IMG/VR virus record: IMGVR_UViG_3300032562_000005
From: a virus
Direction: 5' to 3' (one strand)
Length of the DNA: 64,000 nucleotides
The position numbers were made by a program, and so were the translations under genes. The notes under the pieces are model-generated. The model was not told where the DNA came from. It searched no databases and saw only the letters and a program-made list of their open reading frames with translations. Positions within the stretch are counted from its first letter, which is position 1, and each line of letters begins with the position of its first letter. Positions 9,432-18,210 of the stretch are shown piece by piece.

Positions 9432-9833
9432 TTAGCGCCATATTCTATGTTTTTCTGCTACCCATTCCTGCCCGTCGTAGTCGGATATAACCCAATCAAC
9501 ACCAGCAGGAACTTCTACTACTTTAAGTTTAGCAAATACACCGTTGGCTTTGCTACCTAAACGGCGAACAACTGCTACCAAACAAGGGTCATCTCGATCA
9601 ATATCATACGGATGGAACTCTGTATCGTTTACTATAATACGATTTCCTAATCGAGTTTGTGTATCTCTATCGCCCTGCGGTTCTTCGGTGTAATCAATAC
9701 CAGCTAGTTCAAGGTACATTATTGTGGCTTCTTTACTGAGGCCAAATCCTCCAAAAGCCTTATTGATAACTATTTTTTGAACACCCCGTAATTGTTTGAG
9801 TAGTTCTTCGTGTTCTGGATTTATTTCTGCCAT
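9432..9833 (-). CDS. Hypothetical phage protein
   Basis: KIVINKAFGGFGLS..RDDP.LV.VV..LG..ANG..A.LKVVE.P..W.I..YDG.EWVAE.HR.W pattern recalled from phage proteins. Confidence 0.75.
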   Translation of the reverse strand: MAEINPEHEELLKQLRGVQKIVINKAFGGFGLSKEATIMYLELAGIDYTEEPQGDRDTQTRLGNRIIVNDTEFHPYDIDRDDPCLVAVVRRLGSKANGVFAKLKVVEVPAGVDWVISDYDGQEWVAEKHRIWR

Positions 9834-10042
9834 TTACTAACAGTAAGATTATAGTCTCGTTCAGCGTGTACTAATCGATTTTCTAAATTTGCTAATCTAC
9901 GCTCAACACGAATTTGCCTAGCAATTAATAATGCCACTGCTATAACCACACCAGTGAACATCAATCCCCAGCCAGCAACTAACCCATAGGTCCAAAACCA
10001 TAAATCATTAATGCCGCTAGTTAGTAGAGTTATTGGATTCAT
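9821..10042 (-). CDS. Small membrane protein
   Basis: One TM segment plus short coiled coil; overlaps neighbours in operon. Confidence 0.65.
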   Translation of the reverse strand: MNPITLLTSGINDLWFWTYGLVAGWGLMFTGVVIAVALLIARQIRVERRLANLENRLVHAERDYNLTVSKWQK

Positions 10043-10235
10043 TTAATTGCTTTCTTAGCTCTTTATTTTCTTCAACAAGTGTTTTTGTCAATTTTTTATA
10101 ATACGCAATATCTTCTTGTAATGTCTTGTTCTGTGATTCGAGATGTTCACCGGTGTTAGCTTGCTCTTTGGGTGTGGTTACTCTGCCGCACAGGTAGCCA
10201 GCTAATATAGCAATGACCCAAAGAATATCAGTCAT
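10017..10235 (-). CDS. Small membrane-anchored coiled-coil protein (start re-assigned to MTDILWV)
   Basis: ATG overlaps the stop of the upstream gene (ATGA). Confidence 0.6.
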   Translation of the reverse strand: MTDILWVIAILAGYLCGRVTTPKEQANTGEHLESQNKTLQEDIAYYKKLTKTLVEENKELRKQLNESNNSTN

Positions 10236-10426
10236 TCTGGTTTTCCGCCTGTACACGATCCGCCAGAGAACCAAAGTTCTTCAGCTTGTTCACGATACTG
10301 TGCCAAGTCGTATTCATCCTTCTTAGCTTTGTATTCTGATTCAGTAAGAGCGTGCCAGCCGCAACATTTACCTGTAGGGCTACGACCGCATCCACATTGT
10401 CCAATTGTTCCTGGCTTAGGTTGCAT
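10232..10426 (-). CDS. CDGSH-type 2Fe-2S domain protein (variant)
   Basis: CGCGRSPTGKCCGWH resembles C-x-C-x2-S...C-D-G-S-H. Confidence 0.65.
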   Translation of the reverse strand: MQPKPGTIGQCGCGRSPTGKCCGWHALTESEYKAKKDEYDLAQYREQAEELWFSGGSCTGGKPE

Positions 10427-10635
10427 TATTCTTCCTTTGGTAGCTCTGTCGTTTCTTTAACAAGAGCCAAAAGTTCGTCAACAGTCTTAACCATAATTTT
10501 AGCAGTCTTGTATTCCTCATCAGAATCGCGACCACCAACTTCAATCATAAAACCGTTATCGTACATATTAATTGTAAAATTTTCATTTACTATAGTAAGT
10601 TTATCGCCAACTTTTTGTATTTGTTTTTTTGCCAC
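10426..10635 (-). CDS. Hypothetical phage protein
   Basis: GTG start with SD; coupled to next gene. Confidence 0.65.
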   Translation of the reverse strand: MAKKQIQKVGDKLTIVNENFTINMYDNGFMIEVGGRDSDEEYKTAKIMVKTVDELLALVKETTELPKEE

Positions 10636-10636
10636 T

Positions 10637-10741
10637 TTAATCCCCTTTGAATTTTGTTACAAACCAGCATACTATATAAATTATCGAAAGTGCGCCAGCC
10701 ATAACAAGCAGAGCTTCGATTAACCAATTTTCAAGTACCAT
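10637..10741 (-). CDS. 34-aa single-TM peptide (MVLENWLIEALLVMAGALSIIYIVCWFVTKFKGD); absent from ORF track
   Basis: GGGAG SD, first ORF after the sigma70 promoter at 10765-10793. Confidence 0.55.
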   Translation of the reverse strand: MVLENWLIEALLVMAGALSIIYIVCWFVTKFKGD

Positions 10742-10764
10742 CTACTTCTCCCTAACGAATATAA

Positions 10765-10793
10765 ATTATATACTCAAATAGCTCTAAGGTCAA
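10765..10793 (-). promoter_or_regulatory. Sigma70-type promoter TTGACC-17-TATAAT
   Basis: Direct sequence match. Confidence 0.75.
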
Positions 10794-11038
10794 TCTAAAA
10801 GTTTGCCACTTACCTTGATTAATGCGCCTCGATATGTCCAATCTCCACCAACTTCATCGTTTGGCCTGCCTTCTATTTTTTTAAAGGATGTATGTGGACG
10901 ATTTTTGGCATCGATTACAAATTCTTTAAATTCTGTAGGAGTAAGTATAAATTCCTCAACTGGACCTAACTCTGCGTTTTTTAAACATTCGATTTCGAGT
11001 AGTTCAAAAATATTAAATTTTCTTCGTTTTACTTTCAT
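10790..11038 (-). CDS. Hypothetical protein (start re-assigned to MKVKRRK)
   Basis: ATGA overlap with upstream gene. Confidence 0.6.
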   Translation of the reverse strand: MKVKRRKFNIFELLEIECLKNAELGPVEEFILTPTEFKEFVIDAKNRPHTSFKKIEGRPNDEVGGDWTYRGALIKVSGKLLD

Positions 11039-11250
11039 TGATAATCCCTTGTCATTTGTGCCCACATCATCCAGGCTTTAAATCCTTCGTAGACTTTCGA
11101 TGCTTCGTCAGCATCTTGCTCTACCTTAACACCACGAACCCAAAAACCACTAGGTCCTACTTTAAGCATTTCTTCGCCGGCCACCATACAAGTAATTGAG
11201 GCTGGGACATCATTGCGAAACATATACTCTTGTTGTATTTCTTCAGCCAT
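11035..11250 (-). CDS. Hypothetical protein
   Basis: Coupled ORF in operon. Confidence 0.6.
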   Translation of the reverse strand: MAEEIQQEYMFRNDVPASITCMVAGEEMLKVGPSGFWVRGVKVEQDADEASKVYEGFKAWMMWAQMTRDYQ

Positions 11251-11417
11251 TAATAATTTTCCTTTACAACATAGTACTGTGGCTTCGGATATTTTTCCAG
11301 TAGTTCTTCTGCTTTAATATACTTGTTCATATCTGGTGCCGTGAAGAACATTTTGTCTAGCACTTTTTTATGCGTTGCTGTTTCTACTACTGTCAAATAC
11401 CACGATTTCACTGCCAT
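11250..11417 (-). CDS. 55-aa hypothetical protein (MAVKSWYLTVVE...); absent from ORF track
   Basis: AAGGA SD; fills the gap between ligase and next gene with TAATG coupling. Confidence 0.65.
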   Translation of the reverse strand: MAVKSWYLTVVETATHKKVLDKMFFTAPDMNKYIKAEELLEKYPKPQYYVVKENY

Positions 11418-11429
11418 ATTATTTTCCTT

Positions 11430-12815
11430 TTATAATTTTTCACCAGGTTCGAATCCGCGGAATCGTACAAACCGTGGGAACCTTAAACTGTAGGTGCCGT
11501 CTTGGTTTTGTGTAACCGCATCAGCAGCCACTTCAACGACATCACCAATAAGCTGATCAGCATTGTCCCAGTAACTAACCCTATCGTCATCAGTAAGCCC
11601 ACTACCAACATTGACTCTAATGTTTCTATTATCATCTACACCTTCACAAATAAATGCGCCAAGTCTGCCCGCATTACGGCCTGTGCCTTCTTCTACACCA
11701 ACAATGTTCAAATCTACAGTAATAACAGGCTTCCACTTCATCCAGAATGTTGAACGTTTACACTCGTATGGAGCATCAACATCCTTAATCATAATGCCTT
11801 CGAATCCTGCTACTACCGCATCGTTGGCAAATCTGCGTAATATATCATGCCCTTCACTAATGCTAAGGTCAACTTCGATGCCATCCATTACTCGAATACA
11901 ATCAGTATTGTACTCGAATACGCTACGATATTCTTCTAATATTTCCAATCGTTTATATTGTTGAGCATTCCAATAACCACGCTCAAAGTCATCTAACGGA
12001 ATAATATCAAATACAGAATAAACCATATCATTAGTTTCTACATTAGACTTCCGCTGGGCTTGCTTCATCAATGCTTGAAAACTTGCGCCAATTACTTCGC
12101 CATCTAATACAAATCCTGTTTTGTATTTAGAAAAGAGTTTAGCAAATTTATTTTTATTTTCTTCTAGCGATTCTACAATATGCGGGAAGTTTTCAAACGG
12201 CTTGCCATTGCGACTGTATAAACTAATATTAGTCTTAGTTACGATTGCTAGTACACGAACGCCATCTAATTTTTCTTCAAGACGTTTAACGCCTTTCATT
12301 TTGCCCAGGTGTTTGTTTGAATCAGTGGCAAGTTGACATTCAAATACAGGAATAGCCCATTCAGTTTTGCCTAATACTTTATTAAGAGTGCGTTCTGTAA
12401 TACCGCAACGTAAGTCCTTAATAAGAACACGACGGGCTAAGTTATTCCATTCTAATGAATCAAACTGCTCTGCTACTTCTTGAATCTTATCACGGGCCGC
12501 ATGACCAGTAATACTGCGGGTTCGTAGTGCTTCGCACAACGCCCAAAACTTAGGCCAAGGGTTAACCTGGCCCGTGATGTTCTCAGTCTCTAGTACTTTT
12601 TTAACACCAAAGACATAATATGGATTGTATGCTTGATAACAGTTAAACAAGAAACATTGAGCATTGGTACTGCCTAATTTTGCCGCCATCAGTGCTTTTT
12701 CAATTACAGATTCTTTATGTAATCGGCTGTCACTACTTTCTAAGTCGCGGATCCAATCTGCCGCCAATTTAATCCCTTCGAAGTCTTTTAAAGCAAAGTC
12801 TATTGTCATACTCAT
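11430..12815 (-). CDS. lig: ATP-dependent DNA ligase
   Basis: EEKLDGVR (motif I), SRNGK, VLDGE, FDII, EGIMIK, KWKP, VGSG, SLRFPRF. Confidence 0.96.
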   Translation of the reverse strand: MSMTIDFALKDFEGIKLAADWIRDLESSDSRLHKESVIEKALMAAKLGSTNAQCFLFNCYQAYNPYYVFGVKKVLETENITGQVNPWPKFWALCEALRTRSITGHAARDKIQEVAEQFDSLEWNNLARRVLIKDLRCGITERTLNKVLGKTEWAIPVFECQLATDSNKHLGKMKGVKRLEEKLDGVRVLAIVTKTNISLYSRNGKPFENFPHIVESLEENKNKFAKLFSKYKTGFVLDGEVIGASFQALMKQAQRKSNVETNDMVYSVFDIIPLDDFERGYWNAQQYKRLEILEEYRSVFEYNTDCIRVMDGIEVDLSISEGHDILRRFANDAVVAGFEGIMIKDVDAPYECKRSTFWMKWKPVITVDLNIVGVEEGTGRNAGRLGAFICEGVDDNRNIRVNVGSGLTDDDRVSYWDNADQLIGDVVEVAADAVTQNQDGTYSLRFPRFVRFRGFEPGEKL

Positions 12816-12816
12816 T

Positions 12817-12981
12817 TTATTTACTCAGCTTTTGCTGGTGCCTATATTCTCGTTTTAACCAATATTTGTAACGCTTAATGTATTCTTCTAGTGGCATTGC
12901 TAACTCGCCCATTTCAGCGTGTTCATCTTTATTGTCCATCCATATATTTTGTAACCACGCACGAAATGGATCTTGCTTCAT
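12817..12981 (-). CDS. Hypothetical protein (start at MKQDPF)
   Basis: GGAGG SD and ATGA overlap. Confidence 0.6.
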   Translation of the reverse strand: MKQDPFRAWLQNIWMDNKDEHAEMGELAMPLEEYIKRYKYWLKREYRHQQKLSK

Positions 12982-13265
12982 GCTACCTCCGTTAACATAG
13001 ACCACATTGCTGTTTTTTCTAAATCTTGTTCAAATTCAGGATATACTTTGTCTAAGTTTGCTTTATCAACACTAGCATATCCCTTGGCTGTTTTTTGCCT
13101 AATCAGTTTAATTAATCCGTATGAACTAATGTTAAGTGATTTAGTCTGTAGTTTCTTGCCACGACGACCCCAAAATGTAACATACTTAGCTGTACCGAGT
13201 TCAATGGCACCCCATACTTTATCGTGAGTATCTTCTTTACACCAACCGATAAATGCGTAGTTCAT
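12978..13265 (-). CDS. WGR-domain-like protein
   Basis: HDKVW...FWGRRG..LQTK...K.AKGY. Confidence 0.65.
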   Translation of the reverse strand: MNYAFIGWCKEDTHDKVWGAIELGTAKYVTFWGRRGKKLQTKSLNISSYGLIKLIRQKTAKGYASVDKANLDKVYPEFEQDLEKTAMWSMLTEVA

Positions 13266-13501
13266 TTCAACTCCATGATATGTTTAATCACTTCGTTAGC
13301 TTCAGGAAAACCTTCGCGTTCTTTCTTAGCTACTACGGTATCAATCATGTCTAACTGCACTACATGAAGCCCACTGACAAAAGTCATAACATCTTCGGGT
13401 TTCATCTTGTAGGAGATTTTGTATTCTTTTGCGGCCTGCGCTTTTTCAACTTCGTTTTTTAACGCATCGTACCAAACAAATTTAGGAGTTTTCTTTTCCA
13501 T
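13262..13501 (-). CDS. Hypothetical protein
   Basis: Coupled ORF. Confidence 0.6.
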   Translation of the reverse strand: MEKKTPKFVWYDALKNEVEKAQAAKEYKISYKMKPEDVMTFVSGLHVVQLDMIDTVVAKKEREGFPEANEVIKHIMELK

Positions 13502-13635
13502 TAGTTGCTCTCCCAGACTGTTACAAGGTCTTCCAACTCAATATAGTCTTTGAAATAAATGTAAGTGTCTTCAATGCTACGACCACGAGCCTTACACTCA
13601 AGAATTTCTTCGTAGATTCTTTTAAATGCGCCCAT
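13501..13635 (-). CDS. 44-aa hypothetical protein (MGAFKRIYEEILEC...); absent from ORF track
   Basis: TAATG coupling at both ends. Confidence 0.6.
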   Translation of the reverse strand: MGAFKRIYEEILECKARGRSIEDTYIYFKDYIELEDLVTVWESN

Positions 13636-14015
13636 TATGCTAGTTCCTTTGCTTGACGATTAAACACAATTTCTGTGCTCTTAGAGTTCAGAACTTGGTC
13701 TTCCATTTCGGACCAGCTTATGTATGGCTCGCAGAAATAAATCTCTCCGTCAAACTTCAACTGTGACTTTTCGAAGTCTGACAAGTAGTCGTCCTCTTCG
13801 AAGGAGTAGCCCAAGATGTATTCGCGAGCACCAATGTCGTTAAACTCGACTCCGGCAATGTTAATATAATCCTGTGGATCAGCAGTAGGGTCGACGCCAG
13901 TGATTTTGTATTCAGAACCACCTTTGAACTTCCAATATTGAGGGCATTCGCCTGTGCCGTCCCAATCATGGGCACCGTAGTTTTCCATGAATTGTGTGCG
14001 AATAACGAACATCAT
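13635..14015 (-). CDS. Early hypothetical phage protein
   Basis: TQFMENYGAHDWDGTGECPQYWKFKGG; strong SD; follows consensus promoter. Confidence 0.75.
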   Translation of the reverse strand: MMFVIRTQFMENYGAHDWDGTGECPQYWKFKGGSEYKITGVDPTADPQDYINIAGVEFNDIGAREYILGYSFEEDDYLSDFEKSQLKFDGEIYFCEPYISWSEMEDQVLNSKSTEIVFNRQAKELA

Positions 14016-14046
14016 AATGTAGCTCCTTTTTATTAACTATACAAGT

Positions 14047-14075
14047 ATTATAGCTATATTGGAATTATTTGTCAA
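14047..14075 (-). promoter_or_regulatory. Consensus sigma70 promoter TTGACA-17-TATAAT
   Basis: Perfect match. Confidence 0.9.
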
Positions 14076-14080
14076 CCGAA

Positions 14081-14311
14081 TTACTTCTTTAGCATTTCTT
14101 TAATAGTTGCTTCGCGTTTCAATTGCTCTAAAATGATGGTGTAAAGCAAGTTTAGCATGAACCCGCCAATTAAACAGCCACCTATAATTCCTAAAACATT
14201 AGGTGGAATGTAAGTGAACGCTAACTGAATTCCAATTATAGCTACAGCACTTATTACTACAATACCCAATAAAATTGCTGCGGCTTTGATTTTGATATTT
14301 TTAATTTCCAT
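14081..14311 (-). CDS. Two-TM small membrane protein
   Basis: Two hydrophobic segments. Confidence 0.65.
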   Translation of the reverse strand: MEIKNIKIKAAAILLGIVVISAVAIIGIQLAFTYIPPNVLGIIGGCLIGGFMLNLLYTIILEQLKREATIKEMLKK

Positions 14312-14360
14312 TTTGTACTTCCTTTCCGAAGATTCGTTAATTAATTACTACTATAACTGC

Positions 14361-14389
14361 ATTATACGACTAATTGATTTTCTTGTCAA
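14361..14389 (-). promoter_or_regulatory. Consensus sigma70 promoter TTGACA-17-TATAAT
   Basis: Perfect match. Confidence 0.9.
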
Positions 14390-14592
14390 CCGGGCACTAC
14401 ATCATGGGTTACACGGATATTTGTAGGGGTTCCTAGCTTGACTTCGCGAGCTGGCTTACACTCTGCTTTCATACTAGTAAACTTTTCAGCATAGTAAGCC
14501 TGTTTTTCTTGACAATGTTCTTGGCTCAAATATACCGAATGAACTGTATAATTGCCAGGATTTGCCATCCAAAATATTAATGCCCATTTCAT
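14386..14592 (-). CDS. Small hypothetical protein with Cys pair
   Basis: MKWALIFW...Y.S.E.C...AEC. Confidence 0.6.
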   Translation of the reverse strand: MKWALIFWMANPGNYTVHSVYLSQEHCQEKQAYYAEKFTSMKAECKPAREVKLGTPTNIRVTHDVVPG

Positions 14593-15113
14593 ATCATATC
14601 CTTACTTTTCGCATTATTATAAAACAAATGTCGGCCAATTGTCAATACGTGTTCTTCCGGATCCGCCCAACTTGGTCGTCGAATATAGTCTGCGTGGTAA
14701 TATAAACTATCACTCAAACCTCGTACTCGTGTACCTTCTAATACTTCAATAGCAATAGACTTAGATTCTTCCCAAAGTGATTTCTCAGGCTTTGGTAACT
14801 TCTTTTGAAGTGTCCAACTAAATTGCTTTTTGGCATAGACTACTTTACATACATCCTTACCCCACTTACCGGTTTTCATTCTGTTAAGGGTAACATTGGC
14901 CACCGCATATTTTCCGGTTTTGTCTTCTCCACGAGCTTCGTAATAAATGTTCTTAGTTAAACACTCTACATCTTTTGGTGTGTATTTAACTACATATTTG
15001 GTTTGAATAATGTCGTCTAGCTTTTCTTCAATTCGATCCATACGCATTTCCGCACGAATTAAAATTGCGCCTAAAATGACAACCGCGGCTACGGCTAGGA
15101 TTCTGTTAAACAT
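14589..15113 (-). CDS. Cell-wall hydrolase, SleB/Hydrolase_2 family, N-terminally membrane anchored
   Basis: CLTKNIYYEARGE..GKYAVANVTLNR, C.VVY..KQFSW, LYYHADY..P.W, IGRHLFY. Confidence 0.92.
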   Translation of the reverse strand: MFNRILAVAAVVILGAILIRAEMRMDRIEEKLDDIIQTKYVVKYTPKDVECLTKNIYYEARGEDKTGKYAVANVTLNRMKTGKWGKDVCKVVYAKKQFSWTLQKKLPKPEKSLWEESKSIAIEVLEGTRVRGLSDSLYYHADYIRRPSWADPEEHVLTIGRHLFYNNAKSKDMI

Positions 15114-15122
15114 AATTAATCC

Positions 15123-15335
15123 TTAAACAAAATCAAAGGCGTATTCGCCAGTGTCGCCGATTGGACTAACTTGTACCTTGCCTAAACCCAATGTCTCGGA
15201 CAATCTATGAAACACTTTACGAGCTTGTGCCTCAGTAATAGTACGAACAAACAAGGTACCATTACAAAACTCTGTTTTCACAGATTCGTTTGTAAGTGTT
15301 ACTTTAACTAATTGATCTACGATTGTTTCGAACAT
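15123..15335 (-). CDS. Early hypothetical protein (start re-assigned to MFETIVDQ)
   Basis: GGAG SD; longer ORF call overlaps the promoter. Confidence 0.65.
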   Translation of the reverse strand: MFETIVDQLVKVTLTNESVKTEFCNGTLFVRTITEAQARKVFHRLSETLGLGKVQVSPIGDTGEYAFDFV

Positions 15336-15346
15336 TTTTAACTCCA

Positions 15347-15448
15347 AATTGTTTACTATGTTCATAGTATAGCATTTTGGTAATTGCTCGTCAACCAAAA
15401 CAAAACCCCGCTAAAAAACGGGGTTCTGAGTGTTGTATTTCTACAACG
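15347..15448 (-). repeat. About 100-bp regulatory module, copy 1 (palindrome + terminator + TTGACG-17-TATACT promoter)
   Basis: Alignable to 44607-44707. Confidence 0.8.
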
Positions 15449-15467
15449 GTAGGTACTTGCATGGGTG

Positions 15468-16418
15468 TTAAGTTACAATAGGCTGTGGGTATGGGTATTG
15501 CGCTGGCAGTAAATTTGCTTGAGGTAGTGGACTAGCTGGTTCTACAGGAATATTATTACTGGTTGAAATACCAGTTGAGTTAATATTACTTTGACCTTGA
15601 CGCATAGTAGCAATAATTGCCTGGCCACCGATAGTGTTTTTATCTGCTACGGCTTGTATGAATTGTGCTGAGCCACCAGCGGCAGTATCTTGACCATAGC
15701 TAGGTAATGACAAAACAAAACTATAAATTGATGAAGTACTATTTGGTGTAAGGTTTGCGAAACTAACACTGGCACTTAATTGAATAGCCGTTTCTCTACT
15801 TAATTGAGTAGACATATTGTTCCAGTTTGTATTCAAGTTTGCTGTTTGTGTCGGATAAGCAGATATGATAGACGGAATAACAGTAGTAGTAGTTGCTGGA
15901 ATCAAGCCAGGTCCTCCTATGTTGCCGGAAGATTCTTGGCCGCCAAATGCCGCTACAAGATTATCGTAAGTGCCAGCTGCTGCTCCGTCAGGAATTATAA
16001 TAGGACCAGTTGGTGGGCCATAAGTTCCATTAGCAGTAGAAGTCATATCATTGTATATGCCAGTTAAATTTGATAAGTTCATAGTACTAACAATGCTAAC
16101 AGTATTAGCCATAGCGTTTGCTGAAACAACGCCAGCTACAGTTCCCATTGAATCATTGATAGTAACAGTTCCGTTCGGTCCTGTGCCTTTGCCTATTGCA
16201 TTAACAACCGCATTGGCAGCCGCAGGAGATACTGCTGAGGTTTGTGCTGTGATTAAAGGCAACCCATAGTTTGTTTGAACATTAGAAACCGCTTGTGCTA
16301 ATTGCGGTAAATTCATAAATGCTATATTTGTTATCTGTTGTAGTGCTGCAGACAAGGCTTTATTAGCTAATGCTTGGTCTGGTGGAATTATTTGACTTAA
16401 TTTATCTAGTGCTGTCAT
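15468..16418 (-). CDS. Putative virion structural protein
   Basis: A/T/N/S/Q-rich, low charge, next to PAAR. Confidence 0.55.
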   Translation of the reverse strand: MTALDKLSQIIPPDQALANKALSAALQQITNIAFMNLPQLAQAVSNVQTNYGLPLITAQTSAVSPAAANAVVNAIGKGTGPNGTVTINDSMGTVAGVVSANAMANTVSIVSTMNLSNLTGIYNDMTSTANGTYGPPTGPIIIPDGAAAGTYDNLVAAFGGQESSGNIGGPGLIPATTTTVIPSIISAYPTQTANLNTNWNNMSTQLSRETAIQLSASVSFANLTPNSTSSIYSFVLSLPSYGQDTAAGGSAQFIQAVADKNTIGGQAIIATMRQGQSNINSTGISTSNNIPVEPASPLPQANLLPAQYPYPQPIVT

Positions 16419-17389
16419 GATAGTGAGCTTACTGCCACTTTTGGCAAATATTGTTGTAATGTAGAATTAACTGTACCGCCAGCGTTAATGTAGATATTTT
16501 GGGTTACTCCGTTTGTGCCAGTAACTGTTAAAGTCTGGAAACTATTAGGAAATATCTTGTAGGGATTTAATAAGTCAGCTAGCGTATTAATGTTTGGTGT
16601 TGTTACGCCAAATAATTTTAATATTTGTGTTAGCGGTGTACCAGTAATTTGCGTCATAGCACTATACATGGCTTTTTGGTCTGCGTCTGATGCTGTTAGT
16701 GTTGGCGATGTTAAATTGACTACAGTATCAAGACTTACACCTGCGGTAGTAAAAGATAAAGCAAGTTGTGGTGTAATGCCGCCAATTTTAGCTAGTTGCT
16801 TAACTAATGCTAACGGAGTTCCTAATTCTCCTAGATTACTTAAATCAATTAATCCGCCGAGTGCTACTAAATCTTTGCCCCATTGTTCAGTACAAATATT
16901 AACAGTAGTAATACCGCCACTAACCATATTGTCGGCTCCAGCATAAGTGCCACCTAAATATGTTTGACTATTAATAGCTGAACTGATAAAACTGTTTGTT
17001 AAACCATTGTAGCCAACTAATGCTCCAAACCCTTGACAAAATTTAGTTAAATCTTTATTTGCTCCGTGTATATCGGCACCTATATAAGAATACGCTGTTT
17101 GTTTTAATGTAGATGAAAATAAAGAACTACTAGTGTGCCCTGGATATGAATCACTTAATGCTGGACAAGTATTTGATGCTAAATTATATAATTGTGCCGT
17201 TGTGTTTGCTGGCAGGGTAGAAGCCTTGGCAGCCACAATCGCTTCGTTTAATGCTACTACAAATGGTTGACTTTCGTAAGAAGCTATATTTGTTAAAAAT
17301 GCCGCATTAACACTTAGCCCCTGATTATATAATAAATTGGCAGTGGCTGTTATCTGAAAGGGTGATAATATACTTGGGCTTGTTGACAT
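16415..17389 (-). CDS. Putative virion structural protein
   Basis: Similar composition; directly downstream of PAAR. Confidence 0.55.
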   Translation of the reverse strand: MSTSPSILSPFQITATANLLYNQGLSVNAAFLTNIASYESQPFVVALNEAIVAAKASTLPANTTAQLYNLASNTCPALSDSYPGHTSSSLFSSTLKQTAYSYIGADIHGANKDLTKFCQGFGALVGYNGLTNSFISSAINSQTYLGGTYAGADNMVSGGITTVNICTEQWGKDLVALGGLIDLSNLGELGTPLALVKQLAKIGGITPQLALSFTTAGVSLDTVVNLTSPTLTASDADQKAMYSAMTQITGTPLTQILKLFGVTTPNINTLADLLNPYKIFPNSFQTLTVTGTNGVTQNIYINAGGTVNSTLQQYLPKVAVSSLS

Positions 17390-17390
17390 A

Positions 17391-17663
17391 TCAAGATTCT
17401 ATATCAGGACTTCCTTGAATGCGTACATGACCACAGCTATCAACATCACCTACAAATATTACAGGCTTGCCTTTAATTGTAATTAATGATTGTGATGCTC
17501 GGCAATGTGCGTGTGTATGTTCGCCTTTAAAGTTTGTGTGGCATGACACAGGCGAACCGTCAACTGCTACAGGTAAATTATTCAATCGTAAAGAAGGTTC
17601 GCCGGATATTACTTTTCCGCCGCCGCTGTTTACATCACCGACGCGAACCAATGCTCTAGTCAT
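17391..17663 (-). CDS. PAAR-repeat spike tip protein (gp5.4-like)
   Basis: RVGD..GG.VISG...NNLPVAVDG...CH...GKPVIFVGD..SCGH. Confidence 0.85.
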   Translation of the reverse strand: MTRALVRVGDVNSGGGKVISGEPSLRLNNLPVAVDGSPVSCHTNFKGEHTHAHCRASQSLITIKGKPVIFVGDVDSCGHVRIQGSPDIES

Positions 17664-17664
17664 T

Positions 17665-17967
17665 TTAACCCATTATAATTGATGGCTTACGAACTGGTTT
17701 AAGGCCAGTAGTTGCTTCTAAGTAATGATCTCCTACTTCTTCACGGGTAGAGCAAATCATTGCTACTGCTGTTTTATTTATAGTCGCGTTTTCCTTGGGA
17801 TCGCCCGTAAACACCGTATAGATAAGTTGGATGCCTTTTTCTGTAGGTACTGCGCTTAGAGGTTGAGCAATAATGTAACTATCTTCTGTAATCTCTACTA
17901 CTTTACCTACGATTTCGTCTGCGTTGGTAAGTTTGAATGTGTAAACCTTGTCTTTTTCTACTATCAT
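17665..17967 (-). CDS. Hypothetical beta-rich (possibly Sm-like) protein (start at MIVEKDK)
   Basis: FKL...EIVGKV; ends PSIIMG; AAGGA SD. Confidence 0.6.
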   Translation of the reverse strand: MIVEKDKVYTFKLTNADEIVGKVVEITEDSYIIAQPLSAVPTEKGIQLIYTVFTGDPKENATINKTAVAMICSTREEVGDHYLEATTGLKPVRKPSIIMG

Positions 17968-17968
17968 A

Positions 17969-18199
17969 TTATCCTTGGAAATGTTTGCGGAGTTCTGTAA
18001 ACCCGCCAATGTAATTATCGTCTAAGAAGATCTGTGGTAAAGTTCTTGCGTTAGGTACAGCTTCTAATAATTGCTCTTTGGTCCAAGTACCTTTCATGAT
18101 ATTGCGTTCTTCAAAATCGATACCTTTTGATTCCAATAATGCTTTTGCTTGTAGGCAGTAGGGGCAATTTTCTTTACTCCAAACTATTGCTTTTGTCAT
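17969..18199 (-). CDS. Glutaredoxin
   Basis: CPYC, TLPQIF, IGGF; next to nrdB. Confidence 0.95.
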   Translation of the reverse strand: MTKAIVWSKENCPYCLQAKALLESKGIDFEERNIMKGTWTKEQLLEAVPNARTLPQIFLDDNYIGGFTELRKHFQG

Positions 18200-18210
18200 A
18201 TTTTTCCTTA

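Noticed and set aside
17391-17663. Type VI secretion or tailocin locus suggested by PAAR, sheath and tube
   Set aside because: Terminase, head and replication genes show a true phage; PAAR is the normal spike tip
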